From Planctomycetota bacterium (GTDB lineage: Bacteria > Planctomycetota > MHYJ01 > JACQXL01 > JACRIJ01): a DNA stretch of 64,000 nt. Every line of letters starts with the position of its first letter. Within the stretch, counting starts at the first letter, position 1. Below are positions 18,498-29,062 of this stretch, one piece after another. Below the pieces are notes generated by a model, which searched no databases, was not told the DNA's origin, and saw only the letters and a program-made list of their open reading frames with translations. The position numbers were made by a program, and so were the translations under genes. The stretch spans positions 27,748 through 91,747 of the forward strand of contig JACRIJ010000111.1 in assembly GCA_016220095.1 (NCBI GenBank). The letters run 5' to 3'.

Positions 18498-21400
18498 TTA
18501 TTTGGCTATAAATACGCCAAACACATCGCCGCCTATGAATTCACCGCCTGTTGACATGTCTATTGTCATTCCAGTATTAAGTATCACAAAGAACTTGCCA
18601 CCGGCATAGCCGCCCATGGTGCCAAGTTGCATGCCGGCATCCGTATTAACAGAAACTTCCGTGCCAACAAGCGTCCCGGACATGCTTACATATTGACCGT
18701 ATACATTCCAATCCGCAGTGGTGCTGAAACCGTCTACGGTCAAATCCGTCCAGACAACAAAGAAATCAGTTCCATCAGAGGCGGCTGTAGGCAGGAATTG
18801 CTCGCCAGGATCAGCGTTAATCACTATGCCGGATCCGACCAAAGAACCGTTTTTATCAACTATCTGGCCATAGACGTCCCATTCGCCTGAATTCAAGCCG
18901 CCAACCTCGTCTGTCCAGATAACAAGATATTTTGCATTGGTTGAATCATAACAAACGGAAACCTCGTTATCGCTGAGATACGTATTTGCATTAATGGATA
19001 TTTCCGCGCCAAGCGTGCCTGTCGGCGAAACAAAACGGCCTTTTATTTCATAGTCATTGGTATCGTCGCACCATACTACAAAGAAATCAGTCCCGTCAAA
19101 GGCAACGCACTTGAAACCGAAATCAGCGTAACCTGTGCTGATGGCAAATTCACTGCCTACAATGCCCGCAGTGCTGACAAGTTTTCCGTAAGCCTTGCTT
19201 TCACCGGTAGAAGAATTAACCTCTTTGAAATACACGACAAGGTAATTGCCGCCGCCGTAAGCGACATCACCCAATTCATCCGTGTTGGAGCTTATCGCCG
19301 CAATATCTATAGTCGCACCACTGAGTCCGGTGCCGTCTTTTTTAATGAACTGCCCTTTAATCGTATCAACCGGATATGTGGCATCATCCGCCCACACCAT
19401 AAGGTAATAGGCGCCGTCATACGCTACGGTAGGAACGCCGCCTGCGCCGGCTGTGAATATTCTTGTGCCGGTTAAAGCGCCGGTTGCCGATACCAATTGC
19501 GCGTTTGCGGCATTGTTGTTTGCGTCATTGCCTTCTATGGCAACAAGATAATTAGTGCCGTCAAACGCGGCACTGACAGCCATTTCCTGTGCTGACATGG
19601 TTGCGATAGCCGTTCCAGCTGGCGCCGGGCCTGGCCCCGGCCCCGGGCCTGTAACGGGGCCTGTTGAGAACGGGTCCGGCGGCATAAATGCCCATCCGCT
19701 CGTCATGCCTGTCGTAGTCAATACCCATGCAAATTCAAAATCCATGCCCACGCCGTCTTCGGTATGGAATACCCTCAACAGGTACGCCCTTTCGGTATCT
19801 GCCGGATCGGTCAGGGCATCACCGGTTCGTATAAGGTATATGGACGGCTTATCGTAGCCGCCGGTTGCCGTGAATATATCTCCTGTTATGACAGTTGTTA
19901 TTGTCATTAAAGTCCCCTTGCTCGCGTAGAAATCAATCGTAAATCCGGCGTCATAGGACGCGTAGATGTTATCGTTCTTGAAAGTTTTTTTGGCGTCCAC
20001 GGGCAGTGCCGCGTCAAGGGCTAATATATCAAGCTTGTATATTTTAAGGTTCGTGTTGCTGCCGTTCGGAACGAACACCAGTTTATTAAGCGAATTGGAC
20101 GTAACCAGCGCATCCCAACCGGAGAATTCAGCCGTCCCGGCAAATTCCGTATTTTCAATATCGTATCCGAAATTGAAATAAGTGTTGTTATCCAGCCACA
20201 CGTACGGGAAGAACATCGGTTTCCATTCGCCTACAAAGAACGGCCATTGAGGATTGGCAGGGTCAAATACCGCGCCCGGATCATATCCCCAGTGCAATAC
20301 AAAATCAATCTTGCCGTTTCCGTTGGTATCTTCCCTCTGGCCGTCGCCATTGGTATCCGTATCCTCACCGTCATGGTTCATCCACGAAGTAAACGGGTCC
20401 GCCCAGAAATACCATACGAAAGTATCGGCCGTTCCGTTACTGTCATAATCATAAGCAAACTTTACAAAATAACCCTTCCACAGCCCGTCAGGGTTGTTCA
20501 CGCTGTCAAATGTCAATGTCAACATGCCGTTGGCATCGGTTGTAACACTGCTGATAAAATTGGCGGAATCTGATGTAGAATTATGCGTTGATGCCCATGC
20601 GTCCTGACCGTTATCATAATACAGTTCCATTGATTCAGAAGCCAACGGACCTGAATCGGCTTTGAAATGCTGGGTAAGGGTCAATTGCCAGTTTGAAGGC
20701 AGTTGTTCAAATTGCTGGTTGTTTTCCGGATTCCACCAGGAATCAAACTGCAGGCTTGACAGGATAGTTTCAAGGTTTTCATTGAATGTCAGGTTTTCAT
20801 AATCGCCTGCATAGGCGCTGAACCCGTCCATAAGGCCGCTGAATATGGACTTTAACACCTGTTCGCTTGCTATGGGAGAAATTTCTTTCAGGTTTTCCCA
20901 ATATTCGCGGATTTCCTGTTTATTGTCCGGATTTTGATACATCCATCCGCCGCCGAAACTATTGGCGGCTGAAGGATCTATGACCCTCTGGCCGACAATG
21001 CGCATCACAAAAATAACGAATGCCGACCTGAAATCCAGAACCGTACTGTCGGCAAATGTCTGCCCGTAGAGTTGAGGCGACACGCCCGCGTAAATAACGC
21101 TCTTGTACCTTTCTTCCATGGAGGTCCACATCGGAGTGGAATAAATGAGTTCGCCGGCCTTGTTAAAAAAACCATCGCCGTCAATAACCGTGCCGTCCTG
21201 GCTCATATACGGACTGAAAACCGCTTCATAATATGCGTTTGTATCGGCATAGAGCCCGTCCAGTACGGCCTTATTCGCGAGAAATTCCAATGCGAAATCG
21301 GCAATATTGATGTAATTTGATATTTGTTCAAGAGACATTTCAACGAATTCGCCGCTTGTTGACGGAAGGGTTATATCAAACATCTCTGCTATTTCAGCGT

Positions 21401-22778
21401 CTGTGATAGCCGCGGAATCGAAAATATCCGTATTCGTACCCGAATCCCAGCTCCAATTCCACCGCCATTCAAATTCGGCTTTTGTAAGGACTTTCAAATC
21501 TGACAGGGTGCAGGAAAGCGTATTGTAATTATCAGCGATATATTCCACCAGCGCATACGAAAAAGTATCCATATGTTCCATAATGTCTCTGAGCCGGAAC
21601 TTCCTGTCCTTATTGAATGTATAGGTCGTAAAATCCCTGCCGAACATATCTTTATCCTGGAGTTTTACGCCGGATTCATCAACGAAACCGTCGCTATTGG
21701 CGTCCGCAAAAACATCCTTAATGTTGATGAGATATACGTTCGGATTAAAGGAAAGCTGTTTTGCCGTATCCGTAGTTATCGGCTCGGGATTGCTGATCCC
21801 GGGAAAATTTTCCGCCGTGAGTTCCATCAATGTTCCGTCCGCTTTCCTGAAAAAATCAGGCTCAATGTACGTATAACATTCTTCATTGCTGTTTTCTCTG
21901 GCAACAGTAAAACCAAGCATTGTAATGATATTAATAAGAGCAACGAGTTTCTTTTCAGCCGCAACGCCCTCTTTGAATATTTCGTCTGCCGCGGCGCCGT
22001 CAAGCATGGTGGATGCGGTAGAAATTTCCACCGATCCCGCGGCTCCGGATTTGGTCGTATCAAAAGACGATGTGTAATCGTCATAGAAATAGGATTCATC
22101 CACGGTCAGGTCGCCGGTTGCAAGCTGTGCGGTAACTTCTTTGACTATTGAGGAAACGATTTCCACAAGACTCGCCCACAGCGCCGGATTGATATCAACC
22201 AGGCCGAATTCGTTGAAGATCTCCTGTATCTTGGTAAGAATGGTCTGTACGACGATTTCAGTGACCGGGTCAACGCCTACGACAGGCGCGCCATTCGCGT
22301 CTTTATCAAGGGCGGCATCGTTCATATCAAGCAGGCGTCTGAGGCCAAGCTTCTGCCCGTTGCCCCTCGTAAAGGCCGCGCGGATTACGTATTGCTGTTG
22401 CGAATTTGGGTCAAAACCGGCCTTGAAATCGGAAAGTTTAATGGTATAACTGCCGTTTGCATCCGTCTTAATCGGACCTGCTACGGGGTCTGAAAAATCG
22501 GAATCGTCAATAGTATACACATAGACATCCGCGTCAGGTACGTTGACGAGGTCGGAATTATTGATTTTCAGGAGCGTCTTGCCGTCAGGTGTGGTTTGCG
22601 GTTTGGTCAGGCCGGAACTCGGATAAGAAACGTTGCCGCTGACGAATGCCGTGTCACTGCCGCCGGGGGGGTTAGTCGTACTGCCGCCGCCTCCTCCGCC
22701 ACAGGCAGGCAACAGAGACAATCCTGCAATTATAATTGCAAACAAGACACCCCGCGTTATTGAATTAATTTGAAACAT
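18498..22778 (-). CDS. Giant acidic surface lipoprotein with C-terminal 7-blade beta-propeller-like repeats
   Basis: Lipobox LPAC; DxNxDG Ca-binding motifs; repeats FDGTNYLV/YDGAYYLMVW/FDGTDFFVVW; start chosen at the ATG after GGAGG. Confidence 0.8.
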   Translation of the reverse strand: MFQINSITRGVLFAIIIAGLSLLPACGGGGGGSTTNPPGGSDTAFVSGNVSYPSSGLTKPQTTPDGKTLLKINNSDLVNVPDADVYVYTIDDSDFSDPVAGPIKTDANGSYTIKLSDFKAGFDPNSQQQYVIRAAFTRGNGQKLGLRRLLDMNDAALDKDANGAPVVGVDPVTEIVVQTILTKIQEIFNEFGLVDINPALWASLVEIVSSIVKEVTAQLATGDLTVDESYFYDDYTSSFDTTKSGAAGSVEISTASTMLDGAAADEIFKEGVAAEKKLVALINIITMLGFTVARENSNEECYTYIEPDFFRKADGTLMELTAENFPGISNPEPITTDTAKQLSFNPNVYLINIKDVFADANSDGFVDESGVKLQDKDMFGRDFTTYTFNKDRKFRLRDIMEHMDTFSYALVEYIADNYNTLSCTLSDLKVLTKAEFEWRWNWSWDSGTNTDIFDSAAITDAEIAEMFDITLPSTSGEFVEMSLEQISNYINIADFALEFLANKAVLDGLYADTNAYYEAVFSPYMSQDGTVIDGDGFFNKAGELIYSTPMWTSMEERYKSVIYAGVSPQLYGQTFADSTVLDFRSAFVIFVMRIVGQRVIDPSAANSFGGGWMYQNPDNKQEIREYWENLKEISPIASEQVLKSIFSGLMDGFSAYAGDYENLTFNENLETILSSLQFDSWWNPENNQQFEQLPSNWQLTLTQHFKADSGPLASESMELYYDNGQDAWASTHNSTSDSANFISSVTTDANGMLTLTFDSVNNPDGLWKGYFVKFAYDYDSNGTADTFVWYFWADPFTSWMNHDGEDTDTNGDGQREDTNGNGKIDFVLHWGYDPGAVFDPANPQWPFFVGEWKPMFFPYVWLDNNTYFNFGYDIENTEFAGTAEFSGWDALVTSNSLNKLVFVPNGSNTNLKIYKLDILALDAALPVDAKKTFKNDNIYASYDAGFTIDFYASKGTLMTITTVITGDIFTATGGYDKPSIYLIRTGDALTDPADTERAYLLRVFHTEDGVGMDFEFAWVLTTTGMTSGWAFMPPDPFSTGPVTGPGPGPGPAPAGTAIATMSAQEMAVSAAFDGTNYLVAIEGNDANNNAANAQLVSATGALTGTRIFTAGAGGVPTVAYDGAYYLMVWADDATYPVDTIKGQFIKKDGTGLSGATIDIAAISSNTDELGDVAYGGGNYLVVYFKEVNSSTGESKAYGKLVSTAGIVGSEFAISTGYADFGFKCVAFDGTDFFVVWCDDTNDYEIKGRFVSPTGTLGAEISINANTYLSDNEVSVCYDSTNAKYLVIWTDEVGGLNSGEWDVYGQIVDKNGSLVGSGIVINADPGEQFLPTAASDGTDFFVVWTDLTVDGFSTTADWNVYGQYVSMSGTLVGTEVSVNTDAGMQLGTMGGYAGGKFFVILNTGMTIDMSTGGEFIGGDVFGVFIAK

Positions 22779-22816
22779 ACCAGAAACCTCCATAAGTATA
22801 TTTTTTCTGAATTTGC

Positions 22817-22845
22817 ATTATACCCAAAAAAACAGAATATGTCAA
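22817..22845 (-). promoter_or_regulatory. sigma70 promoter of the second lipoprotein gene
   Basis: Perfect TTGACA-17-TATAAT on the minus strand. Confidence 0.75.
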
Positions 22846-22958
22846 ATTTTTCGCACGAATTAAGAGGTGTATTTGTTATTCCTTTCCTCATTCGTCGTCC
22901 CTATATGTTCGCTACTACGCCACTCTTCCTTCTTCGTTTTCCCTTCTTCCTCCTTCGT

Positions 22959-22995
22959 AAAAAAAGAGGAGGCCTGCATTACGCAAGCCTCCTCG
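22959..22995 (-). terminator. Intrinsic terminator of the 23069-27652 gene
   Basis: Minus strand GAGGAGGCTTGC-GTAAT-GCAGGCCTCCTC-TTTTTTT. Confidence 0.85.
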
Positions 22996-23068
22996 TAAAT
23001 TTTCAAAATCACAGTCGCATCGCCGTTCGTCGTCCCTAACTGCTCACTGCTATCTACTCGGCCCTCGC

Positions 23069-26000
23069 CTATGGCGCCGTAAAGTAAATCAGCCTGGACA
23101 GCTGTGTGCCGTAAATCGTCCTGTAGTATATGCCCACCCTGTATTTTTGTCCGGACACCAGGGTGGCTCCGGTCGGATTGACGGACATCGCCGTATACGG
23201 GTCAAGGTCATAAGCGCCCCATAGCGTATTGCCCTGGAAAACCCAGGACGAATCCAGCTGGTCAAACATAACGTACACTGTTTCAAACATCAAATTCGGA
23301 TTGTTGACGTTTTGAGGCGTGCCCGGCAGGATAATGCTGGGGTTCCAGGAAATCTGCGTCAGGTTATTTGACATGTCAACCTGCAGATTGGTTCCGGTAT
23401 TTGTCGGGCTTGTTCCGTCATGTATGGGGAACGCGGGCACTTCGTTTATCTTTACGGTTTTCTCCACTATTGTGTTATCCGTCAGTGTGAATTTCACCTT
23501 AAAATTGGCTCCTAACACAGGAGGCGTGGTGCCTTTATCAACAAAAATTCCCCACGGCTGGCCCGCCGTGCCGGCGTTCAGGGTTGCTACCAGATTGTTC
23601 GCAAGATTAAACACTTCAACCTTGCTGACCGTAGACGGGTCATAGGCCTCGCCGGAGAAGAACAATCCGTATGTCTGGCTGATGGTGCTTCCGCCGTTAT
23701 TGTTTGACGCGAACATTACGGTTTCAACCTTACCGGAATAAAACATTGTAGAAGGCGCCGTCTGGGTCGCGAGTTTGCCGTCGTTATTCACGTCATAAGC
23801 GGCCAATTCCAAGGTCGTTGCCAAAAATCCCTTCCATTCAATGCTTCTGACTTCGCCGATGCCGGGGGCATACCACGTTTCCATCGTATCTGTCTGTAAA
23901 TTTGCGTCCGTTATTGACAACGTAATATGCAGACAACCGGCAAAATGCCCTGCCGGAACGTCAACGTCTTCAGTGCCGTAAACCGTTACCTCAAAGGATA
24001 ATGTCTCCGCGTCATTTTGCAGAAGCGTTGTGCCTGAATTGTCGTAAATATCCATATTCGTAGTTCCTGAGACCGTATCAAACACATTAGACGACGCAGG
24101 CAATAGCGTAATCGGCGTATCAAATATCTGAAGTCCGCCGCCATCGGCAAATCCGTATAGCATGAGGGCGCCCGTGGCGGAATCATAACCGTAATAGTCA
24201 CTGAACTCATAATTGGCGGAATCGGCATTGCCTGTATATTTTTCGGTCGTGTAACCGATGCCGTTAGGCAGGGTTACGGCGGAATTCAATACCTTTTCCG
24301 TTCTGAATTCTTCGGATACTACCTTGTTCTTCAAATCGCCGAAGAAATAGAATTCGCCGTATTCGCGGTCAATATATGTCCGCGTGCCGGAGAACGTACT
24401 GCCGGACGGGTAATACGTTGAAGCAAGGTATCCGCCCGAAGGAGGAGGAACATAGCCGCCCGGGCCGCCGGTGCCGCCGCCCGCGGGTTCAAACGGATTC
24501 GGCGGTATATTGGTCCAGTTATTTGTCTCCGTGCCGTTTACTGCCGTAAATATAGTCGCGAATTCAAAATCAAATCCCATATCATCCGCCTTGAATACGC
24601 GGAGCAGGTACGCCCTTTCGGTATTGAACATGGGCGAATCGCCAGTGCGTATCAGATATATGGACGGGGACATATATTCGCCGGTGTTGGAGAACGTATC
24701 GCCTTCTATGGCCAGATTGGAAGCGTCAGTTCCTTTGCTTGCGTAGAAATCAATGGTAAATCCGGCGTCAAACGCAGCGTATATGTTGTTTCCGGTAAAC
24801 GTCTGTTTCGGATTTGTACCAAGCGCGGCATCCAAATCGGCGGCATTAAGCTTATAAACCGTCACGCCGTTCGTATTATTGGGCACCATAACCAGTTTAT
24901 TCTGAGAATTTGCCATCACAAGAATATCATAGTTGTTATTATACTGGGTCACGTCCGTATTCATGAACGGGGTACCTTCAATATCGTAACCGAAATTGAC
25001 GTAGTTATTCACCGGCACCCAGGCATACGGGAACATCATAGGCTTCCATTCGCCCACATAGAACGGCCACTGCGGATTGGCCGGGTCAAACGGCTTATCC
25101 TTGTCAAATCCCCAATGGCTGATGTAATCAATATAACCGTTGCCGTCAACGTCATCCCTGACGCCGTCGCCGTTGTTGTCATAATCTTCGCCGTCGTGAT
25201 TCACCCAGTCATTGTACATGTCGGCCCAGAAGTACCATACGAACGTTTCATCCGTTCCGTTCGCGCCGACATCAAAGGTAAACTTCACAAAGTATCCCTT
25301 GAAGAAATCAAGAAGCGGGCCTTTCGCATTGTCAAATTCAAGCGTAAGCATGCCGTTTTCGTCTGTGGTAACCGATGAAATGAAATTCGCCACATCGCTG
25401 GTGGAATTATGCGTGCTCGCCCACGCGTCCTGCCCCATGTCATAATAGAGTTCCATGCTGTAAGACGCAAGCGGTCCGACGTCTGATTTAAAGTTCTGGG
25501 TTAAGGTGAGCTTTGTATTGTCAGGCAGTTGTTCAAAATTATTATGCTCCATGTCCTTATTCCACCAAGTATCAAACTGCATGCTTTCCAACAGCGTCTG
25601 CGTATTCGTATCAAACGCAAGGTTTTCATAATCGCCGGTATATGAGGCGCCGAATATGTCAGGGAATAGCTGAACCAGTATTTCCTTGATAACGGTCGTA
25701 TCGTCTGTCGGAGACGGCCACATGAAGTTCTGATTGTTGGGCTCAATGTTTTTATCGGGCATATCAGTTCTCTGATACAATAACCCGCCCGCAAAACCGT
25801 CTAACGGGTCAATCACGTGTATTCCGGTAAGACGCAGAACTATCAGCACAAACGCGGACCTGAAATCAAGCGCCGTATCGTCGGTAAATGTCTGCCCGTA
25901 TAACTGCTGTGAAATGCCGGAGTAAACCGTGCCTTTTATTTTTTCCTCTTCAGAATTCCACATCGGCGTGGTCTTGACTATCTCTTTGGCCTTTTCAAAG

Positions 26001-27652
26001 AACCCGTCGCCGTCAACAATGGTTCCATTGGAATCAAAGAACTGTTTGAAATTGTCCTGGAAGAAGGCATCTTTATTCGCATACAGTCCGTCCAATACGG
26101 CTTTATTGGCCGCGTATTCTATGGCAAAACCGGTAAATTCAAAATAACGGGAATCCTGGCTTAGAATTTCTTCTACATAATCCACCGCAGTAGGCGGAAG
26201 GGTTATGGCGAAAAGTTCGTCCACGTCTCCGGCCGCGAACGGAATTGTCGGGCCGTCCACCCACATGTTCTGAGCCTCGTCAAAATATCCGTCCTGGCGC
26301 CACTGGAAACTGCCTGCAATGGTCTGCTTTACGGTGGCAATATCAGTGCTGAGAAAGATATAATTAGCGGCCGTAAACGCTATCATTTCGTACATCAGGG
26401 CGCCCATGTCTTTAAAGTTTTCGCGAAGCCGGAATTTCTTGTCGGCGTTAAACGTGTATGCGGTAACGTCCCTGCCGAAGAAATCCTTTCCCTGCACTTT
26501 AACTCCGGAGTCGTCAACAAATCCATCCTGGTTCGTATCCGTAAAAATATCATTCGGGGCCAGGACGTATATATTGGGATTGAACGGAAGCTGTTTGTCA
26601 ACGTCCGTTGTTATGGGTTCAGGTATGCTCATGCCCGGGAAATTCTCCGCGGTCACTTCCATCAGGGTGCCGTCCGGTTTCCTGAAAAAATCCGGTTCAA
26701 CGTACGCGTAGCATTTTTCGTTGCTGTTTTCCAGCGTCACCGTAAAACCGAGCATGCAGAGAACGTTAATGAGGGAAACGATTTTCTTTTCGTCAGGAAC
26801 GCCCTCTTTGAATATCTCGTCAGCCGCGGCGCCGTCAAGGAGCATGGACGCCGTGGATACCTCAACGGTATCAGACGCGCCGGACTTGGTCGTATCCATG
26901 GAACTGGTATAATCATCGTAGAAATAGCTTTCATCCACGGTCAGATCGCTGTTTTCAAGCTGTGCCGTCAATTCCTGCACAATAGAAGTAACGATATTCA
27001 CGAGACTCTGCCACAACGCGGGATCTATGCTTACAATGCCGAATTCGTTGAAGATTTCCTGGATTTTAGTAAGAATCGTCTGAACGACTATCTCGGTAAT
27101 CGGGTCAACACTTATTACCGGATTGCCGTCGGCGTCCTTCGTAATTGATGCGTCGTTCAGGTCCATGAAACACCTTAACCCTATCTTCTGGCCGCCTGCA
27201 TTGTTAAATGACGCGCGGAGAACGTATGATGTCTGCGAAGCAGAGTCAAAACCCGCGATAAAATCGGATTCGTCTACCGTGTAATTGCCGTTCGCGTCGG
27301 TTGTAATCGGACCTGCGACCGGATTAGAGAAATCCGTATCGTCAATGGTGTACAAATATACCTCGGCGCCGGCTACCGCAACAAGGTCTGAATTATTGAT
27401 CTTGAGCAGATTCTTGCCGCCTGCCGGATTCTGGGGCTTGGTTAAACCGGTGCTGGGATATGAGACGTTGCCTGAAACAAAGGCAACATCCGTACCGCCG
27501 CCGGTAGTGCCGCCACCCGTGGTGCCGCCGCCGGTCGTGCCGCCGTCAGTTGAACTGCCGCCACCACCGCCGCCACAGCCGAATAACAGCGCTATGCTCG
27601 TAAGCACCGTTATGAAGACAAGTAATCTTACATTGGATTTTTGGTAAAACAT
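23069..27652 (-). CDS. Giant acidic surface lipoprotein, paralog of 18498-22778 with a different C-terminus (VxVPAGxF/TapB-like domain)
   Basis: Lipobox LFGC; GGTT repeats; about 1050 aa alignable to the paralog; then EDVDVPAGHF...ETWYAPGIGEVR; AAGGAG SD; TTGACT-17-TATAAT at 27731-27703. Confidence 0.8.
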   Translation of the reverse strand: MFYQKSNVRLLVFITVLTSIALLFGCGGGGGGSSTDGGTTGGGTTGGGTTGGGTDVAFVSGNVSYPSTGLTKPQNPAGGKNLLKINNSDLVAVAGAEVYLYTIDDTDFSNPVAGPITTDANGNYTVDESDFIAGFDSASQTSYVLRASFNNAGGQKIGLRCFMDLNDASITKDADGNPVISVDPITEIVVQTILTKIQEIFNEFGIVSIDPALWQSLVNIVTSIVQELTAQLENSDLTVDESYFYDDYTSSMDTTKSGASDTVEVSTASMLLDGAAADEIFKEGVPDEKKIVSLINVLCMLGFTVTLENSNEKCYAYVEPDFFRKPDGTLMEVTAENFPGMSIPEPITTDVDKQLPFNPNIYVLAPNDIFTDTNQDGFVDDSGVKVQGKDFFGRDVTAYTFNADKKFRLRENFKDMGALMYEMIAFTAANYIFLSTDIATVKQTIAGSFQWRQDGYFDEAQNMWVDGPTIPFAAGDVDELFAITLPPTAVDYVEEILSQDSRYFEFTGFAIEYAANKAVLDGLYANKDAFFQDNFKQFFDSNGTIVDGDGFFEKAKEIVKTTPMWNSEEEKIKGTVYSGISQQLYGQTFTDDTALDFRSAFVLIVLRLTGIHVIDPLDGFAGGLLYQRTDMPDKNIEPNNQNFMWPSPTDDTTVIKEILVQLFPDIFGASYTGDYENLAFDTNTQTLLESMQFDTWWNKDMEHNNFEQLPDNTKLTLTQNFKSDVGPLASYSMELYYDMGQDAWASTHNSTSDVANFISSVTTDENGMLTLEFDNAKGPLLDFFKGYFVKFTFDVGANGTDETFVWYFWADMYNDWVNHDGEDYDNNGDGVRDDVDGNGYIDYISHWGFDKDKPFDPANPQWPFYVGEWKPMMFPYAWVPVNNYVNFGYDIEGTPFMNTDVTQYNNNYDILVMANSQNKLVMVPNNTNGVTVYKLNAADLDAALGTNPKQTFTGNNIYAAFDAGFTIDFYASKGTDASNLAIEGDTFSNTGEYMSPSIYLIRTGDSPMFNTERAYLLRVFKADDMGFDFEFATIFTAVNGTETNNWTNIPPNPFEPAGGGTGGPGGYVPPPSGGYLASTYYPSGSTFSGTRTYIDREYGEFYFFGDLKNKVVSEEFRTEKVLNSAVTLPNGIGYTTEKYTGNADSANYEFSDYYGYDSATGALMLYGFADGGGLQIFDTPITLLPASSNVFDTVSGTTNMDIYDNSGTTLLQNDAETLSFEVTVYGTEDVDVPAGHFAGCLHITLSITDANLQTDTMETWYAPGIGEVRSIEWKGFLATTLELAAYDVNNDGKLATQTAPSTMFYSGKVETVMFASNNNGGSTISQTYGLFFSGEAYDPSTVSKVEVFNLANNLVATLNAGTAGQPWGIFVDKGTTPPVLGANFKVKFTLTDNTIVEKTVKINEVPAFPIHDGTSPTNTGTNLQVDMSNNLTQISWNPSIILPGTPQNVNNPNLMFETVYVMFDQLDSSWVFQGNTLWGAYDLDPYTAMSVNPTGATLVSGQKYRVGIYYRTIYGTQLSRLIYFTAP

Positions 27653-27806
27653 AAACAAACTCCTTATTTGAATTGACTGTTTTATTTTTTGTTATATGCC
27701 TAATTATACCCTGAAAAACGCTAAAAGTCAAATGAAACGGAAAAAAATTGGACTTCGGACGGCATGCGTCCCTCGCTACTGACTTATGGCTACTTGCTAC
27801 TGGTAT

Positions 27807-28775
27807 TCATTTTTCATTCTTCTTCCTTGATACGGCGGCGGCTATTTGGTTCTTGCCCTTCTTCTTGGCGCGGTACATAGCCTTATCCGCGGCATCAAAG
27901 AGCTCCTGCGCATTTCCGGCATCGTCCGAATACGTTGCCACGCCTATGGAAGCCGTTATTACTACATGCAATTCGTGGTCTTCCTTGAGAAACCTTTTAT
28001 GGTCAATCTCTTCTCTTATGCGGTCCGCCACCACTATGGCCATTTCCTTGGGCGAATCCGGCAGAAGTATGGCAAATTCGTCCCCGCCGTAACGGGCAAC
28101 GATATCCTGGTCCCGCAAGTTGTTTTTTATCGTAAATGCCACCTGCCTCAGTATAACGTCCCCAAACAGGTGTCCGAAATTGTCGTTGTAGTTCTTGAAA
28201 TTATCAACGTCCAGCATGAGAATAGACAGTTTTTTGCCGTCCCTGCCGGCCTGCGCGACCATTTCCTTCAATTTGTCCTGAAAAAACCTGTGGTTATACA
28301 CGCCCGTAAGGCTGTCTATATTGACGAATACGGTTATGCGGTCCATGGCGTCTTCGCTCAAAAGCCGTACGTTCTGGATAAGTTTCAGATGATTGCTCAG
28401 GTAGTCCAGCGCCGCTACGCGTACGCCGACGTTGCGCCCGAGTTTTTCGCTCAGGAAATATTTATGCTTGATTATCCCGCGCCAGATCTCCCTGGCCTTG
28501 ACCGTATCAAAACGCTGATAAGTAATGGTAAACAGCAGATCCGAAAAAAAATCCTCGCCGCCGGCGAGATTCTGGAGTTTTTTCTCAAAATCCTCCGCTG
28601 ATAAACCTTCGGCCTGCGCGTCGCCCGCAAGAATATCTATGATATTGATGCCGTTGTCTTCGTGTTCCTGGATCATTTTAACAATGTCAAGGTCCTCGGC
28701 AACGGCAAGGTCCGGCTGGAAAACGCTTGGCCCCGAAGGCCGGGGATCTCTTTTTTCTAAAAATTCTTTTGACAT
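27807..28775 (-). CDS. GGDEF diguanylate cyclase with unidentified N-terminal helical domain
   Basis: DSLTGVYN, DVDNFKNYND, RDQD I-site, GGDEF. Confidence 0.92.
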   Translation of the reverse strand: MSKEFLEKRDPRPSGPSVFQPDLAVAEDLDIVKMIQEHEDNGINIIDILAGDAQAEGLSAEDFEKKLQNLAGGEDFFSDLLFTITYQRFDTVKAREIWRGIIKHKYFLSEKLGRNVGVRVAALDYLSNHLKLIQNVRLLSEDAMDRITVFVNIDSLTGVYNHRFFQDKLKEMVAQAGRDGKKLSILMLDVDNFKNYNDNFGHLFGDVILRQVAFTIKNNLRDQDIVARYGGDEFAILLPDSPKEMAIVVADRIREEIDHKRFLKEDHELHVVITASIGVATYSDDAGNAQELFDAADKAMYRAKKKGKNQIAAAVSRKKNEK

Positions 28776-29062
28776 ATTTGTATAAGAATATTCTTTTACT
28801 TAAAAAAAGTCAACAGGAAATTCATACGAAGGATGAAGAAGGAAGGACGTTTTCCGGTTCCCGTTGCCCATTTCCCGGTTCCCGTTTAAACGGGCCATGT
28901 ACCGGTACTGATGCATGGCGGGCCACGGGAAACGGATCACGGCTCCTGCCTTCCATATACCATAGTACTTTCATATATTATATAGACGTTGTTATTTCGC
29001 ATTTTATTGACTTTTTAGGGGGTTTTTGTTACGATTCTTATGGACTTATAGGAGTTATTTGA

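Noticed and set aside
17929-27652. Diversity-generating retroelement acting on the lipoproteins
   Set aside because: No reverse transcriptase, and no TR/VR pair with adenine-specific differences was seen
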